A stretch of DNA of 64,000 nucleotides from Basidiobolus meristosporus CBS 931.73 (taxonomy: Eukaryota; Fungi; Basidiobolomycota): positions 33,777-97,776 of the forward strand of contig MCFE01000309.1 in the NCBI GenBank assembly GCA_002104905.1, given 5' to 3'. A model generated the notes under the pieces. It was not told where the DNA came from. It did not search any database and saw only the letters and a list, made by a program, of their open reading frames with translations. Positions 62,481-64,000 of this stretch are shown one piece after another. Position 1 is the first letter of the stretch. Each line of letters starts with the position of its first letter. A program made the position numbers and the translations under genes.

Positions 62481-63199
62481 TGTTGTGTTGTATTATGATT
62501 AGTTTGGGGCTTGTTCTACAATGTAGAGGCTAATCAACAATATACAACAACTTCCAGTATGCAAATACTGAAATAGTTTATTGGGAGTTTGATATACCGA
62601 TAGAAGATATAACTTTCACTAATTTCCTCAATCTTGGGCTCAAAATATACTGTAGGCAGTGTTTATCACTTCTACAGCAGTGTTCTGACCTTCTGTCAAT
62701 TAATGGGCTTATTTACTTTTATAGTAACTTTTCCTTATTTGGAAGTCACTTTCCTTTCTGAGAAACTATTTCCTAATATGGAAATTCTGAACTCCCCTTT
62801 ACTCTAAAGACACCCCTTTAGACACCCCTTTAGGTCTAAAGACCCCTTTAGAGACTTCTACAACACACCCCTTTAGGTTAAAGGGAAGTTCAGAATTTCC
62901 ATATTAGGAAATATTTTCTCAGAAAGGAAAGTGACTTCCAAATAAGGAAAAGTTACTATAAAAGTAAATAAGCCCATTAGTCAACAGAAGGTCAGAACAC
63001 TGCTGTAGAAGTGATAAACACTGCCTACAGTATATTTTGAGCCCAAGATTGAGGAAATTAGTGAAAGTTATATCTTCTATCGGTATATCAAACTCCCAAT
63101 AAACTATTTCAGTATTAGCATACTGGAAGTTGTTGTATATTGTTGATTAGCCTCTACATTGTAGAACAAGCCCCAAACTAATCATAATACAACACAACA
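62481..63199. repeat. 719-bp palindrome of two inverted LTR A ends
   Basis: 321-bp arms 62481-62801 and 62879-63199, ~6 mismatches counted; 77-bp spacer from the G-tract array. Confidence 0.93.
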
Positions 63200-64000
63200 G
63201 TTCCACAACTTTGGTGGGAACCCAACTGCTTTATGCCACTGTCCATTCACTGGTTCCCACACATCTGGGTCTTTAGCCGGCACTGCAAGGTCTAGCTCCT
63301 CATCTGTCAGTCTTTGCAATAAATCCTTTCAATATTCCAGTGCATTTTCTTAAGCACTGCTCTTGAAGAAGTACTGCAACCTCTTGGTGTGCCTATCAAT
63401 GTTCCAAAACTCCACTGAAGGCATTGTGATAGTCTTTTGAGCTCTTGACATTGTAGCCTTGTCTGTCAGTGGGATCTCCACTCTGTCAACAACAGAGGCT
63501 GTGGAGGCTGTGGTAGACAAATTGCCTTTTTCAGCAAGCTCATCTACCTTGATGGAGTGTAGCTCAACTGGCTGCGCTTCAACTCTTGTGAAAACAGCGG
63601 TTTTCTTGTTGGTAATTCTTCTTGGCTGTGATGGGATTCAGTCTGTTCCTGGCTTGTGGTGTTAATTGGCAAGAACTGCAGTTTTTTTGCATGCCTCCCT
63701 GTCTCAGGCTTGGGTAGACATTTTCCCTTTACCTTTTCCTTCATCACTGCCAGGTCTTTCACTGCTACTTTGTCTGAGTGCTTCTTGTAAAGAACTACAT
63801 TTTCTCCTGGATAAATTCTGCTCTGACAAATCTGTTTTGGCCTGCTTGTCCCTTGCTGGCACTCTTCTGGCAGCCTGGCATTTCTTTTCTGCTTGTTTTG
63901 AGCTCTCAACCATAGTTGTGACAGGCTCCTGTAAGTGCGGCTGGCTATTATCACTGCCAGGTCCTTCACTGCTACTTTGACTGGGTGCCTCTTGAGTGGT
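63200..64000 (-). pseudogene. Third copy of the CACTA-like accessory gene, runs off the window
   Basis: Highly similar to ~3260-4065; ORFs 63544-63969 and 63704-63913 match 3755-4513 and 3594-3965 peptides. Confidence 0.85.

Larger units (their letters stand above)
56227..62801 (-). mobile_element. Gypsy family A element A1, near-intact (3' LTR 56227-57467; 5' LTR truncated at ~62801)
   Basis: PPT TAGGGGAG at ~57471-57478; PBS TGGTGGAGGACCTGGG at 62459-62474; one reading frame 62413 to 57476 with two stops. Confidence 0.92.

Overview
The window is almost entirely a nest of eukaryotic transposable elements; I find no host gene, RNA gene or CRISPR array. CpG is strongly depleted, consistent with 5mC deamination, and a copia primer-binding site of the yeast/Ty5 type points to a fungal-like host (inference). 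Elements resolved: three Ty3/Gypsy LTR families (A, ~1.2-kb LTR with a G-tract array; B, ~365-bp LTR; D, ~1.07-kb LTR), two Ty1/Copia families (one full-length 4.7-kb copy with 369-bp LTRs, CAGGC TSD and a 1305-aa ORF), a CACTA/EnSpm-like DNA transposon (one copy with both termini plus three fragments), and a PIF/Harbinger-superfamily (PHIS, Pangu-like) 3.4-kb element with a ~730-bp foldback MITE derivative. Target-site duplications allow most of the nesting order to be rebuilt. The most unusual observations are: a CpG-free but intact transposase beside a CpG-rich partner gene; a 719-bp palindrome replacing a 5' LTR; a copy-number-variable G4-like array and a flipped terminal hairpin in LTR A; an in-frame stop shared by three copies between protease and RT; an in-frame RT-less Gypsy; and a copia-CACTA chimeric ORF. 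All boundaries and mismatch counts were made by eye; ends of degraded fragments are approximate.
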